A DNA stretch of 63,732 bases, the filler included, from Dugesia japonica (lineage: Eukaryota): the NCBI GenBank assembly GCA_001938525.1. It is 6 parts of 6 records of this genome, joined end to end, with 100 filler letters (N's around TTAATTAATTAA, not from the genome) between each part and the next. Parts side by side here need not be neighbours in the genome. Positions count along the whole stretch, not along the records: positions 9,152 to 17,633 come from MQRL01630411.1; positions 17,734 to 27,778 come from MQRL01642656.1; 4 more parts are not named here. One strand, given 5' to 3'. This document shows, one piece after another, positions 12,781 to 26,978 of the stretch; within the stretch, counting starts at the first letter, position 1, and every line of letters starts with the position of its first letter. Under the pieces are notes generated by a model. That model was not told the origin of the DNA. It made no database searches and worked only from the letters and a program-made list of their open reading frames with translations. Made by a program: the position numbers and the translations under genes.

Positions 12781-15700
12781 TTTTTCTAGAGAATTTAGTG
12801 TTAAATTAAATTAATAAAATATTTATGTAAGACTAAATAAATAAATAAAAAAATTTTTGTTAATTAAGGTTAATTTTAATAAAAATAAATTTTCCAAAAT
12901 GATTTTAAATAAAACAGAGTTTTAAGTGAAATATTTTTGTTTAGAAATTATTCAAGTTAAAGTAGAATCTTAAAGTAGAATTTTAATCAAATAAAGCTTT
13001 TTAGTTTTTTCTCTTTAGATGATCAATTCTGATTTGAATAGTGGCTGTTTTCTCATGTAACTTTCATCAAAATTACTATGTTTTATTTCTCATATCTTTT
13101 CAACTTGAGCCAATCGTTTTGGAATTGTTTTCTGAATTCTTTGTTCTGCATTTATCGAAGTGTTTTGCAAATATTCCAGAAATCCAGAAATTTGTAGAAA
13201 CGACATCATTATAATCAATCAAGCAAGAATAAACATTCTTATTTGAACACATTGCATGAATTTTAATTCAGAATTATTTAAACAAACAACAAATATTTAC
13301 TAGGTTTTTTAAAGTTTAAATTTAAAATTAATTTATCAAAATTAATTCAAAGGTGATCAATGGAAACTTCAAATTCCACGTTTCCTGAACAAAAAATAAG
13401 ACATTGCTTGGCCTTGTGAATAAATAAATAGTAAATCCTAGCAGGACAAAGAAAACATAAAAAGAAGAGAATTATTAGAAATAGAGTAATGGCATAAGTG
13501 CAAAAATATGAATAATGATGACCGATGAAAAGAGTTTCGAGAAATTTGTATTATAGATATATATATATATANNNNNNNNNNNNNNNNNNNNNNNNNNNNN
13601 NNNNNNNNNNNNNNNNNNNNNTTTTAATTCAGAATTATTTAAACAAACAACAAATATTTACTAGGTTTTTTAAAGTTTAAATTTAAAATTAATTTGTCAA
13701 AATTAATTCAAAGGTGATCAATGGAAACTTCAAATTCCACGTTTCCTGAACAAAAAATAAGATATTGCTTGGCCTTGTGAATAAATAAATAGTAAATCCT
13801 AGCAGGACAAAGAAAACATAAAAAGAAGAGAATCTTTCCTTATGATACAGAGAAACATGCAAAATCGTTTACAATTGACAAATAATGAAATTTCATGAAT
13901 TATGTCACCAATATTCGTTGATAAACATCCAATATTTTGGTGAATATAAGCAACCAAACGCATTGTGAGTGAACTGAAGCGAAGGAAGACTTCTAGTAAA
14001 TATTATGTTGGGGTTCAACGATAGAAATACCTGTAGACAAATCACGCATATACACATACATAACAATATTCGATATTTAATCCAAGTTACTCGAGTTGAG
14101 CAGCATCAAATTATTCAATCAATTGCACACCGCCTCGGAATCAGTGTTTTCGTGTGTAAATTTTTAATATTGTATTATGTGCAGAATGGCACACAGACTC
14201 AAAATCAGAATAAATACTGATTGTATTTACCAGTTTTTACAGAAACATTTTTTCAAAAATACCACAGATGCTCTTTTAAAAATAAAATTTCCTAATAATG
14301 TTTTAATATATACTGTATTATTTTATATATCAAAAATAAAAGGTTTTTAAAGGTGTGTTATTATTTATTTATATAAGATCCAAACATATATTGCCACATT
14401 TATACGTTTATGGTTTAATTATATTACATCTATATAGTACTTTATCTTCATCATACACTTTCAATATTCATTGAATTATATTATTAATAATATTATATTA
14501 TAATATAATATTATTATTATTATTATTATTATTATAAGAAGTACTATCAGTTGACTAGCAGAAATTGCAGCAAGTAAAATTTCAATTAAAATTTATTGTA
14601 CTGACTGTCCGTAGAATTGCTAACATTTTTATTCGTATAATTGGCTATCACGATTTCATAAAATTAAACTTGATCTAGAGACAAATAGCTTAAATAGTTA
14701 CTAAATAAATAACTTAACATCATCCTCACCCAACAATTGTCTCATTATCCCTTGTCAATCAACGGTCTCTCTATCGAAAGTGTGATAAATCATATCCACC
14801 ACCACAGGAGGCATATTCATGCACATTAAGCGGTATCACTATTCGGAGAATTGACAGAAACATGATTTTGTTAAAGTGTGAAAATGTTAGTGCTGTAGAC
14901 ATTTACGGGATAATTAACTGGGAAAGTTTGTTAATTTATATGGTCTATTGATCTATTTATGGATCTCTGCTAATTAGATAACTGATTCAATTATGTCACA
15001 ACATCGACAGAATGAAAATTCTATCCTCACCATTATTTTAGATTTCATTAACTTGCATTTTGTTTAAAGGATCTCCTCATAGGTTTGATATTAACTTTTC
15101 ATTCTGTAATTAAATTATAAATAACTTCACCCACAAATTTAATTGGTGTGTCCTTTATACTATTCAAATCACAGATTTATTATGATAAACCACTAACAAG
15201 ATATTTAATTTAATAATACAATTTAGTGTTCGTTTTCCGAGTAAATTGCTAGTAGAACCGGTTCAGAAAGATTGTTAAAATATTTTTTTTATCTGATATT
15301 GTTTAAAAAAACAGAAGGCGGAAACTTTGAAATTATATTAAGATCAGATTTATCAAATAAATAGGAAATATATTAAATGTGTGAACTTATTGGATAGTTT
15401 TTTAGAATTCATTCAAAATAAAAGCTTCGATCAAAATAAATTTTTATGATCGAAGCTTTTTTTTCCAATGAATTGTTTGATAGCTTTATATTTATTACCA
15501 TGGCAGATTTCCTAATAATTTATGGCCTGATTTATTAAGACGGGTTTAAATATTCCGACATAATTCTTATTTTAAATAGTTTTTTAAAACAAAAAATATT
15601 TTTAATTCAATATTTGTATAAAGGTTTGTGGAAAGACACCTGAGAAAACAGAGGTTTAAAACCCATATGATGTAGAAAATCTGTTAAATTAAAATCCGAG

Positions 15701-17566
15701 ACTCAAGAATAATTGAAAATATTCAATATTGATTTTTCTAGTTTCCACATTTGAAATTTAAGAAACCACTGTGGAAATGATTCAATTTACAAAAATTTTA
15801 TTATTGAGATTTTATCTGTATCAGAAAAATAAAATTAATTTCTATTTTATTTTTTGATAATAAATAATGAAATATCTATTAAAAGAATAAATTACAAATT
15901 AAAGTCTCGCTAGCGAATTTCGATTTCTATTCCAGAAAACCAATTTGTAACGTTTTCAATGGTCTCTATAAAGAATCCTGAAAAATTAATTAGAAAAAAA
16001 AAAACGAAAACCTATGTAAAATACGAAATTGAGATATTTAGATTTGGTAAATTTTTAATTTATGTTAATTTGTTTAAATGAAATAATATGTAATTATTAA
16101 TTTCATATTTTTTGATAAAATTTGATAAGAAAATTATTACTGTTTTCTTTCTGATAAATATTCAGGGTAAATTTGGAATATTTTAGATTTGATCTGTCTG
16201 TATTGAGAATAACCACGTTTTGTCAATATGGAGTTTATTCAATTGGTATAATAACTATAATCATCACCGCTTCATCAATGATACTCATCACAGTAATCAC
16301 TGATTCTGGGCGATATTATAATTAGTATCGTATTGTATTACTCGGTTATAATTATAATTCTCGTAATAATTCACGAAATCAACAAATCGATATCGTATGN
16401 NNNNNNNNNNNNNNNNNNNNNNNNNNNNNNNNNNNNNNNNNNNNNNNNNNNNNNNNNNNNNNNNNNNNNNNNNNNNNNNNNNNNNNNNNNNNNNNNNNNN
16501 NNNNNNNNNNNNNNNNNNNNNNNNNNNNNNNNNNNNNNNNNNNNNNNNNNNNNNNNNNNNNNNNNNNNNNNNNNNNNNNNNNNNNNNNNNNNNNNNNNNN
16601 NNNNNNNNNNNNNNNNNNNNNNNNATAGCTGTAAAACGATAAACCAACTTGAATGAAATAGCTAATTAATTATACTCGTTAAATTTTTGTAAAACAAAAC
16701 AATTGATTTATAACATGTAATATCAATAGGTTGTATGGCCAAATTTTTGTTTACATTTGGAATCATGTTACATCATCGATCCTAATGTCTTCAATTACCG
16801 AAATTTTAGAAAGAAGAGACAAACACAGACAATTGGAAACTTGAATATCATCATATTTAGAAATTTCTCTTTCATAATTATACGAATTAAAAAAATATTC
16901 TTTTACAACAACAGTTTAGGGATAAATTGTCAACTTACGACACAGAAATTTCACTCGCAAACGATGTTTCCATTGGTTGATGGGGGTTGTGGATTTACAT
17001 ATTGAGAGAAAATGATTATGTGAATGCATATACAATTGTTTGTGCAAATATTGTAAACAGACATGCTTTATCTTAGTGAATCTCATTAACATTTGACCAC
17101 AAAATTTTGATGAGTCAGTGCAGTGATAAGANNNNNNNNNNNNNNNNNNNNNNNNNNNNNNNNNNNNNNNNNNNNNNNNNNNNNNNNNNNNNNNNNNNNN
17201 NNNNNNNNNNNNNNNNNNNNNNNNNNNNNNNNNNNNNNNNNNNNNNNNNNNNNNNNNNNNNNNNNNNNNNNNNNNNNNNNNNNNNNNNNNNNNNNNNNNT
17301 AACAATTCTATGTAGGACATGTTCTTTGTAGCCGCTCGTTGATCGATGGCGAGAGAAATGCTAAGCTGCGATTATATGCCGATTTTCTTTATTTTTCGAA
17401 CGGAGTTTATAAGGCTCTCAAGACAATTAAAATGGGTAAAACGCGTTTTCGTTTTTAATGGAGAGAGTAGTTAGAAAAAAGTGATTATTTAAATAGTCAA
17501 TTTTGTTTAAATAGTACAAATCATCTTATCTTAAATAAATCATTATTATCAATGTCAAGTCTTTTC

Positions 17567-17633
<67 letters not shown>

Positions 17634-18891
17634 NNNNNNNNNNNNNNNNNNNNNNNNNNNNNNNNNNNNNNNNNNNNTTAATTAATTAANNNNNNNNNNN
17701 NNNNNNNNNNNNNNNNNNNNNNNNNNNNNNNNNATTTTATTATTAATTGTAGTTAATTATTATTATTTATCATTATCAAATTATGGTTATTTGTATTTTA
17801 TTATCTGGTTAAGTCACTCGTTGAGAAATTAAGGCTGGTTTTTCCAAATCTAAAATCAGATAAACAAGTTTAAATGTTTTATCTAATAGAATAAAAGCTT
17901 ACCGGGTGACGAGTGCAAGTTTGGAAAATCCAAACTGCATGTCAATCAAGGTGGTGATGATCATTGAAATTATGGAGTAGATGGCGCCGGTAGTTATCAG
18001 ATAGAGAAAACGGGGTCATCTCGTGTAGGTTTGCCGAATAGCATTTGAGAATGTGTATATACGTTTATCGATTGTTGAGAGAAAGATCAATACAATTGCT
18101 GTATGACGTATCAATATAAAATAAAGTTTCACAGACACTCGTCAGAAATTCATACAATTTTTATTATAGTTTATCGACTTAAAACATTNTTTGCCAGATT
18201 TTCTATCAAGTATTTTAGGAGAACGTTTACACAATTTTTTGATAATAGCGAAGAACAGCGAGAAAATAGTAATTTTGTTTTTACAGACAAAAATGTATTA
18301 ACTTGAATAACCAGTATAACAATCGTGTTCCTTCTGAAACTAATGATATGAGAAATATCACGCAGTTGAAAGAGAAAACGTTTATAAAGTTTCATAAGAA
18401 ATATGCAGTTGAATGAGAAAATAATTAGGAAAGTGGAACAGAGAAAATGCTTCTGTAAGATTTTAAAGAAAAATGAATTACTGTGAATGGAAAGAAAATA
18501 ATTTTGGTAGAATAAAGAAGTAGAAATGAATAAAGCATGTTCAAAAGTTTATCGCAAATCAAAGAAATAGTTGGAAAGAACTAGAAAACCAATCCAACTT
18601 TGAGTTGTATCCAAGATTGCAACAATAGTTAAAATTTAGTTATACGAATGTTAAATCTTGTTTATCTAAAATCCTGGGAGCTCAGTCATACGTGTACGAC
18701 TTCATTGCGTCATATTATTAATTAGTTGTACAGTGTTGAGATTATATTGAAGAAAATTTATCACTTGTGTAAGAAAAATTCATAGATTTTAAATATCTGT
18801 GAGATTTTTTTAATTTTTATGTATATTATATATACAATATATTAAGTATTCATTAAAATAAAAGCTTCGATCAAAATTTGTTTTTTAGTCC

Positions 18892-18926
18892 AATTCCTGA
18901 CGAAGACAAAGTCGAAATATAGAATT
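18892..18926 (+). ncRNA. Intact-looking minimal type I hammerhead ribozyme
   Basis: aattc-CTGACGA-A-GAC aaa GTC-GAAA-TA-T-A-gaatt. It has a 5-bp stem I, all core nucleotides, a 3-bp stem II and palindromic stem III ATAT. It sits inside the inverted repeat 18856-18886 / 18941-18972. Confidence 0.65.
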
Positions 18927-19514
18927 ATTATCAAAAACCAAAAAAAACAAATTTTTATCGAAGCTTTTATTTTATTTTATTTTAAATGAATTCTTCCAAC
19001 AATTATTCTCACAATAATTGCAATTTTAAAATATATTAAGTGCACTTAAACGAATATTTACCAGCTTATATTAAAAATATTATTGATATTTAATTAATTA
19101 AATTAATTATTACCAACTGTTATATTTCAAAGCAAATAATACATTTTCATGGATTATTTAAAGCAAATAAATTTGTAAATTATTCGAATATTATTGCACG
19201 AATATTTGAATGGTGAATTGTTTAAAAGTTGAAGAATATTAAGGTTGGAAGCTCTAAATATAATTACAATAATCATTTTTTTATAATTCGTACTTAATTT
19301 CTGATTGATATTAAAAACTGTAAATGAACTAGATTTATTTTATTTATTTTCATTTAATTTCTTCTAATTAATATTGAATGAGACTTGTACAACTAAGTCA
19401 GCATATTTATTTAAGTATCAAAAAGAATTACTAATTGATAAATTAATTTTGATTAATAATGATTTTAAATCCAATTAATAAATTTTAAATTTATTTGCTA
19501 TATTCATTATTTAG

Positions 19515-22500
19515 ATGGAATAAAATAGATATAACGATTTTTCCTGATAAAATAGAGTTGAAAATAAATTGCAAAGAAAAAATGTTTGACAATAGTGTAA
19601 ATATAAAAAGCTTGAAAAAACTGTCTAAAGTTATCTTGCTAACTCATTTATGGAATCATAAATCATTTAATGATGTATATTTTTTTGTATCATAATATTA
19701 CTAAATTTATTATAATTAGGCACAATTAGCACTTTTAAAGATTTTACCAATTTCAGCAAATTTGGAAAAATGTGATATTGAAGATTGCTTATTAACACAA
19801 GGTGTAATGAAAACAACCGTAGAAATACAAGCAAGTACAACTTCTTATAGCACAGCGAAATCCGAAGTATATTAAATTTATTTGATGAAAGATTTATGTG
19901 TGTAATTTCAAGTTTTCATCTGTAACTACGGCACAAACGATTCAACAAAGAAATGTATGGAAAGTCGGTGAAAAAGGAGAATCAGGTGAGAAAGGACTAT
20001 CTGGAGCAAAAGGTGAAAAGGGAGACAGGGTAACAGAATTCAATATGTTCAACTTTATATATATATATATATATAGGGTTTCAGAGGTTTATCTGGAAAA
20101 AATGGATTAATGGGTCCTTCAGTTAAAGGAGAGCCTGGAGTTCAAGGAAATCAAGGAATCCCAGGCAACAAAGGAGAGAAAGGAAATTCTGGTATGAATG
20201 GCAAACCAGGCTGGCAGGTATTCATGACTGTATAATTTTAAAACATCCATTTAAATTTTTTATTGGAATTACACAAAAAGATTCTTTTGAGTTTTTAACA
20301 CTTAACGAAAATATTGGATTTTTCTTTATCAGTTTAAATAAATTTTTTTCATTGATTAAGTCGTCACATACTTATTTTTTGGAATCTTTTATTATTTTAA
20401 TTTTTCTTTTCTTTTCTTAATTTCTATAATTCTTTTATATTTTGATATGAGCTCACTATTTAATTTTTATTACAGTTAACCAAATTAATTTAAAAATGCA
20501 AATCATTTAGTTGTTTTTGTTTTTATTGAAATATTTTTATTTTAAATAATACAGTTGTGGATGTGCATTATCGTATAATTGGGATGATAAATAGTATTTT
20601 ATCAATGTGCCAAAATTAAAAAAAATATTAATGCAATTTTTTTGAGTGCCAGAACTTCATGTTTTATACAAAGTGTATAAACACTGGAGCCTCTAGTTGC
20701 ATCGTTTCGAGATGTGTCGCAAGAATTTTTTATACAGTAATTTTGAGTCGCGTTTTAAATTTTTCAAATGCGTCGAAAAAAAATTTTTAAATAAAAATTT
20801 AATCCAAAAATAGCATGACTAGTATACTATATTTGAAATTTTCAATTTAAACTAAATTTAGCAGGTCATGATTTGTTTTTATAAATACAGCAGCTGCAAT
20901 CCATTTGAAATAAATTAATTTAATTTAGTACGTAATTAGTAATTATACAGGTTTAGTTGGTTTAGTCACTTGTTTTTTAATAAAAAATGGTTTGAAGTCT
21001 ATAATACATACATTTCTCAAAAGTATTACAATTTGTTCATTGTTTTTGTTGATTAATTTTATTGATCTAAATTTAAATTATGAATCATAAGAGGTTCCCA
21101 GATGAAAATGATGAAAAATCTAACAACAAAATAAAAAAAGTAATATCTTTGTAAGTAAAACATGATATTTTAAAACTGTTTCAAGCGGAAGAGAAAGCGG
21201 TAAGCATTGCTAAAACTCCCGATTTAGCTTCAACAACAGTAAGAACTATATGTAATCGCGATGCAATACTTATGACCGCAGATTTAATTGAAATGTCTTA
21301 AACTATTTACTACTATGATGAAAATTCTCTAGAAGTACCAGAAGGGAAAAAAATTAATAACGAAGAGAATAGGTAAAGCAATTACATTAATATCTGAAGC
21401 ATTGGAAATATTTCGTGCTGAAGATCCAGATGCTAATCAAAGTGCAAAGTTTGCACAAGTTGTAGAGATATCTATAAGCTGTTATTAAAATTTTATTTGG
21501 CTAAAAAACAAAAATTCAAATGACACTTCATAATTTTATTGAAAAGCAGCCCAAAGAGAAACGTACAAATTAGACTTTGAATAAATTTTATAAATTTATA
21601 TTTTTCATTATAAATTATATTTTATGAAATATTATTTCTTTATTATAAAATTTTGGTTTGGTGTAATAAAATAAATAAATATATTTTTGCTTATTTTTCA
21701 TTTAAACATAGTCGACAGATTTTATTGGAACCAATTATATAAAAATAGGAACTATTAGGGATATAATTAATTAACTAATTAATTTAAATAATATCCGTAT
21801 TTATATTTGTGTCACATAATTCGCATCTTAAACTCTTCGAAAAATAATTAATATTCCATTTTATGTAATAATAAGAAATGGAAATTATTATATCATAATT
21901 TAACTTATGATAAATGAAATCATAGGCTGAGATTTGATATATATATTTCGAGGAATCAGAAGTGATTCAGATTATATTTTGATATCTAATAAATATTTGT
22001 AGTAGATTGTTGTTATATGATAACCTAACAAGAACAAATGTATATAAAAGTACAATTCGAATTGCATCATGTTTCTTTGGAACCTATTATCAACGAAACT
22101 CGAAGTTCTACTGTATAAATGTCTTTGTAATTAATACTAGACGTATCGGTTAATCATGCGGATGCCTAATTAAAGAAAACCAGATAAATTCAATATTCAC
22201 ATCAAATGTTCTTGATTCAAAGAAACATCCATCGCTAGCAACACAATTCCTCCATCATTCAGATAATTTGTGGATTGCGTATCATTAGAAATTTTTTTGT
22301 AATCTCCTTGATATTTGTCGGCAATTTTGTTATAGCAAATTTCAAAATGTTTCATGATAGATGACGTTCAATAATTACAGATCATGGATTTCAACTGCTC
22401 TTATCTGCATATTAAATAAACGGTTCAAGTATTTACAAAGCTTCGTACATATTACAATGTCGGCTTTTTTAGTGGCAAAATTTTAATCGAGTGACCATTA

Positions 22501-24532
22501 ATTGTTTGCATTTAAATTAAAACACAAACTTATTAGTAATTAATTAATTACTAAATAATTATTAAATAATTATTAAATAATTAATTAGTATATAATTAAT
22601 TAATTAATTAGTAGAAATAATATTCTCTCAATTATTTTATTTATTTATTAGTATTTATATTTAATCATATTCTAAATTTTCTAGCATGCCAAGTTTGAAT
22701 GCGTAACGTTTAATTGCCAACCCTGATTGGCATAGTGATTTTGCAATATTATTTTATTATACATAATTGTTGAATATTTCACTTTTTATTCAATTTTTAT
22801 GATGCATGTTAAGCTTGTTTTTGTTGTTTTACTTTTAGGAAAAATTTTCATTACATTTTAGGGATTTGCTGGAATCATAGGAAAAAAAGGAGATAAAGGA
22901 ATAAATGGCAGAAATGGTGATAAAGGAGAAATTGGTAGACAAGGTCTTCGTGGCTTAATTGGACCAATGGGAAATCCTGGAGAAGCAGGTAAGGCTGGTA
23001 GTATGGGAATTCAAGGACATCCAGGAATAAAAGGTTTAAAAGGAAATAATGGCCTAAAAGGTCCGCTAGGGTTGACAGGTCAATCTGGAAAAGGTGGTGT
23101 TAAGGGCACTAAAGGTTCCAAAGGGTTTGTTGGAAGCAAAGGAAAAGCAAATATTTTACCGGGTTTACAAGGTTCTACTGGATTGCCCGGAAATGAAGGA
23201 AACAATGTTTTATAAATAATTTAGAAAAATTAATTATATTGAATTATTCAGGGTGAGATTGGGAAAAAAGGTGAAAAGGGTTTAAGTGGTAAACCCGGAG
23301 AAAAAGGTGATCCAGGTAAACCAGGTTTAGACGGAAAAGAGGGAATTAAAGGAAAAACAGGATTAATCGGACTCATGGGCTTAAAAGGTACTCCTGGTGA
23401 ATCTGGTATAAATGGGTTGGCAGGTCAAAAAGGTATTGCCGGTATAGATGGAGAACCAGGTGATCTAGGAGAACCTGGTTTACAAGGTCAAATTGGACTT
23501 ACTGGAGAAATCGGACTAAAAGGTAATGTTGGAAAAGATGGGATAGATGGTCCACCTGGTTCTAAAGGTGCAGATGTAAAATAAATAATTAATATCAATT
23601 ATATTTCTAAAATGTATTTATAGGGTCCTCCTGGAACATCTGTGCTAGGTATAAAAGGAATTACTGGAATAATGGTTTATATTTTATAAAATCCATTTAA
23701 TTAATATGTTTACAGGGTATTCCAGGAGAACCTGGTGAAAAGGGAAATTCTGGTTCTAAGGGAGAGATTGGAAGTCCTGGCCCTTCTGGAGAAATGGGTA
23801 TAAAGGGTGAAGTTGGTGAAAAGGGAGAAACTTTAAATGGAACAATTGGTAAAATTGGTTCTTTAGGTGAACTTGGTCCAAAAGGTTTAGAAGGAATAAG
23901 AGGTCCTAAAGGTGAAATTGGATTTCAAGGTAAATCAGGAAATATTGGTCCTAGAGGAATGAAAGGTTTTTAATTATGCATAAATATTTATTTTAGACTT
24001 TTATAGGTAAATCTGGTGACATCGGAGATATTGGCCAAGATGGTGTTCTAGGAAAACCCGGAATTAAGGGTGGTTCGATTTTAATGAATTTTAAAAAGGA
24101 TGAGCTGTTAAATATAAGCAAAACACTACTTAAAATTTATAATGGTAAATTTTGAGATATTCGATTTTCTTTAAATTACTTTTTTAGAAACTGAAAAATC
24201 TGTAGATTTTATTCAAGTCAAGGTTGATGTATCTAATCGAATGAAAAATGTTCTGCAAACAGTAAAAAGTTTAAGAACTGACCGAGGAACTTCGTCTAAT
24301 ACACCATTAAGTAATTGTCAAGATTTTCAGTTTAAAACCTCTGATGTCCTGCCGGAAGTTGTATGGCTTGATCCAAATGAGGGAAATTCTGAGGATTCTT
24401 TTAAAGGATCTTGCAAAAAAAGCGAGTTTAAATATTCAGCTGAAACTATCAGGCCTTTATTAACATGTGTACGTTCCACTTTTGAGGCGGTAAGTTATTC
24501 CGTCATTTATATTATAATTTTATTACTATTAC

Positions 24533-24588
<56 letters not shown>

Positions 24589-24638
24589 NNNNNNNNNNNN
24601 NNNNNNNNNNNNNNNNNNNNNNNNNNNNNNNNNNNNNN

Positions 24639-24702
<64 letters not shown>

Positions 24703-25553
24703 TTAATTATTTCAAGAAAACAAATATTTTTAATCTGCTATTAAATCCATTTATTTTGTAAGTAGAAATCGATATTAATTTTTATTTATTTAACATTATT
24801 GGTTTTCAGTATAAATGAATTTTTAAGTGATAATTAATGATTTAATGTAATAAAATCACAAAAATATTAATTTGAAACATATAAAGAAAAGTTTTTTTAA
24901 TGTTTAGTTAAAATCTTTTGTTTTTTAAAAAACCAATAATAATTATTAAGTATATCTCACCGACAACTAAAATTCTCTTGAATTTTAGATAATTACTTTT
25001 GATAATTACTGCTCTTTATAATTCTAACAAATTTTAAATTTATAATAAAAAATATTTCCAAATTAACAATTTACTAATTTGTATTTTAAAGAAATTATTT
25101 AATTTAATTGTATTATTTCAGGGTGATCTCTTAACATATCTGAAACCATATGATTCTGAAACTACCTGGCAAAGTGAATTAAGATTAGATGGTTTATTAT
25201 TATTTCCACCAAACGTAATACTTATCCAATTTTTCTAATAATTAAAAAAATTCCCTTAGTTAAGAAAAGGATATCCTCATGTCAGTCAATTAAATTTCTT
25301 ACAAATGAGATCAGAATATGCAGAACAAGAAGTGGAATTTCTATGTGAAGAATCTATTGTTTATGCAGATGCTACGGAAAACAAAGAAAGTTTTCGATAT
25401 GCAACTGCTTTTCAAACATTTGATGATAATTACATCGATCTTTCCAATGGAAAATCCGTTGGAGTTGGATATGGTTATACGGATAAAAAAATATACATAC
25501 TCGATAGTGGGCGAACAATTTTTAATGTTACAGTTCTTTATGATGAATGCAAG
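19515..25553 (+). CDS. Fibrillar-type collagen alpha chain (TSPN domain - Gly-X-Y helix - COLFI C-propeptide), partial
   Basis: In-frame GT-AG exons: 19515-19674, 19720-19866, 19913-20029, 20077-20217, 22862-23206, 23252-23575, 23624-23674, 23716-23965, 24007-~24072, 24188-24489, 25122-25214, 25260-25553. TSPN-like WNKIDITIFPDKIELKINCKE, then Gly-X-Y repeats. COLFI motifs: GTSSNTPLSNCQD, WLDPNEG..DSF..C, TCV, QLNFLQMRS..A.Q...F.C, YDECK. First and last exons were not located. Confidence 0.93.
21085..21560 (+). mobile_element. pogo/Tigger transposase remnant in a collagen intron
   Basis: KRFPDENDEKSNNKIKKVISL*VKHDILKLFQAEEKAVSIAKTPDLASTTVRTICN is a CENP-B-type N-terminal HTH. The element is internally deleted. 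Confidence 0.6.
24520..24700. repeat. (TTA)n/(AAT)n microsatellite (others at ~9152, 14510, 17568, 39519, 62970)
   Basis: Direct triplet repeat that often abuts assembly gaps. Confidence 0.95.
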
Positions 25554-26978
25554 GTTTGTTTGAATAATATATGTAAACATTTATGAAATTTCTAAAACAT
25601 TTCGTTAAATAATCAATTTATTTCGTTAAATTAAAAGCTTCGATCAAAATGTTGTTTTTTTTATATTTTTATAATTTTTAGTTGTTAATATTTCAAATTT
25701 TCGACTTTATTCTTCTTCAGAATTTAACTTTTTGATTGATTTTCAAAATTTATCAAAATCGTTTGCATTTATTTCAATCAAAAAGTGAAATCCTAAAGAA
25801 GACTAAAGTCGAAAATTTGAAATACTAACAACAACTAAAAAATTACTATCTCCGGAAATATGGTAAAATTTGGATTTTTGGCAATTACAAGTGTTAAGTA
25901 AATTTTCAATTGGTAATTCATGTTTCAAATCACAATTAATATTTTTAGACATCATTTATTTCACTAATACAACACATGCTTAGTAAGATAATTATAATTG
26001 AAATAGAACTGATCACATTTTAAAATGGAATTTGATCACTTTCTATTGGCTAANATTATTAAATAATAATTATTTCCTTATAACAAGCATTACTGTTTTC
26101 ACAGGAGGCTATAGATATTGCAGAGGCAGCGTTGAAATAAAACGGTTTATTGTGTGTATATATCGGATATGTCAAAATACATCATGTGGATTTATTGTTT
26201 TTTAATAAATGTATACGATTTTTCAGGACAAAATAAAAATTCATATGTATATCATATTTCCGTACAGAGGTAGTATAAAAAATATTTAAAAAACATTTTG
26301 ATAGAAGCTTTTAATTGAATGAAATCTCAAATGCAATGAATGGTTAAGTCCAACAATTCCTCTCACAATAATTGTAATTGTAATACACTTTTTCGTTAAA
26401 AGAATATTTACTTTTTTCGTTTGAATGATTTTTGTAAAATTTACCAATTTCTGATCTGATAGTTAAACATTACAAAGAGATTAAGACCAAATGCTTTAAA
26501 AATTAATGTTGAAAGTAAAATATAATAAAATATTTTAAATCATGTGCATTTCTCTTACATTAAACATGTTTCCTTCTAGAACCTCTGAGGAAATTTGAAC
26601 GTCACAGTAAAAATGTTTTATTTCAAAATTACATTAACTGTCACTATTTTGGTAGATATGTTAGCAACATTTTGACTAAGTAAAATGTAATCATTTTCTG
26701 ACCATTAACAACCTCCCAGGATAAAATATACTTTATTTATTATTTCAATAAAACTAAGTTATTTATAGTAGAGTTTTTAGAATTATTCTGATTTACATCA
26801 AATATTCCCATTCAATAATAACTAAAATAACAAAATATAAAAAAATTTATATTATCAATATCACAATATAGAAATTTTTAATTGAATCGCTGTTAGATGA
26901 ATTTGTTGAATTCAAAAGACCAATACTTTTCATTTCCAAACTTTTTTACAACACAAAGCAAAACACAATAACACAAAC

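Noticed and set aside
13260-13833. ~215-bp near-identical direct repeat (LTR or tandem duplication?)
   Set aside because: The second copy starts immediately after an N gap, which is typical of an unmerged contig overlap or haplotype artefact.
17880-18700. Possible RTE/LINE endonuclease remnant
   Set aside because: Coding-like composition, but no motif I could read confidently.
24490-24744. Poly-Leu/poly-Ile ORF extensions (also 39232-39657)
   Set aside because: They are translations of intronic (TTA)n microsatellite and N gaps.
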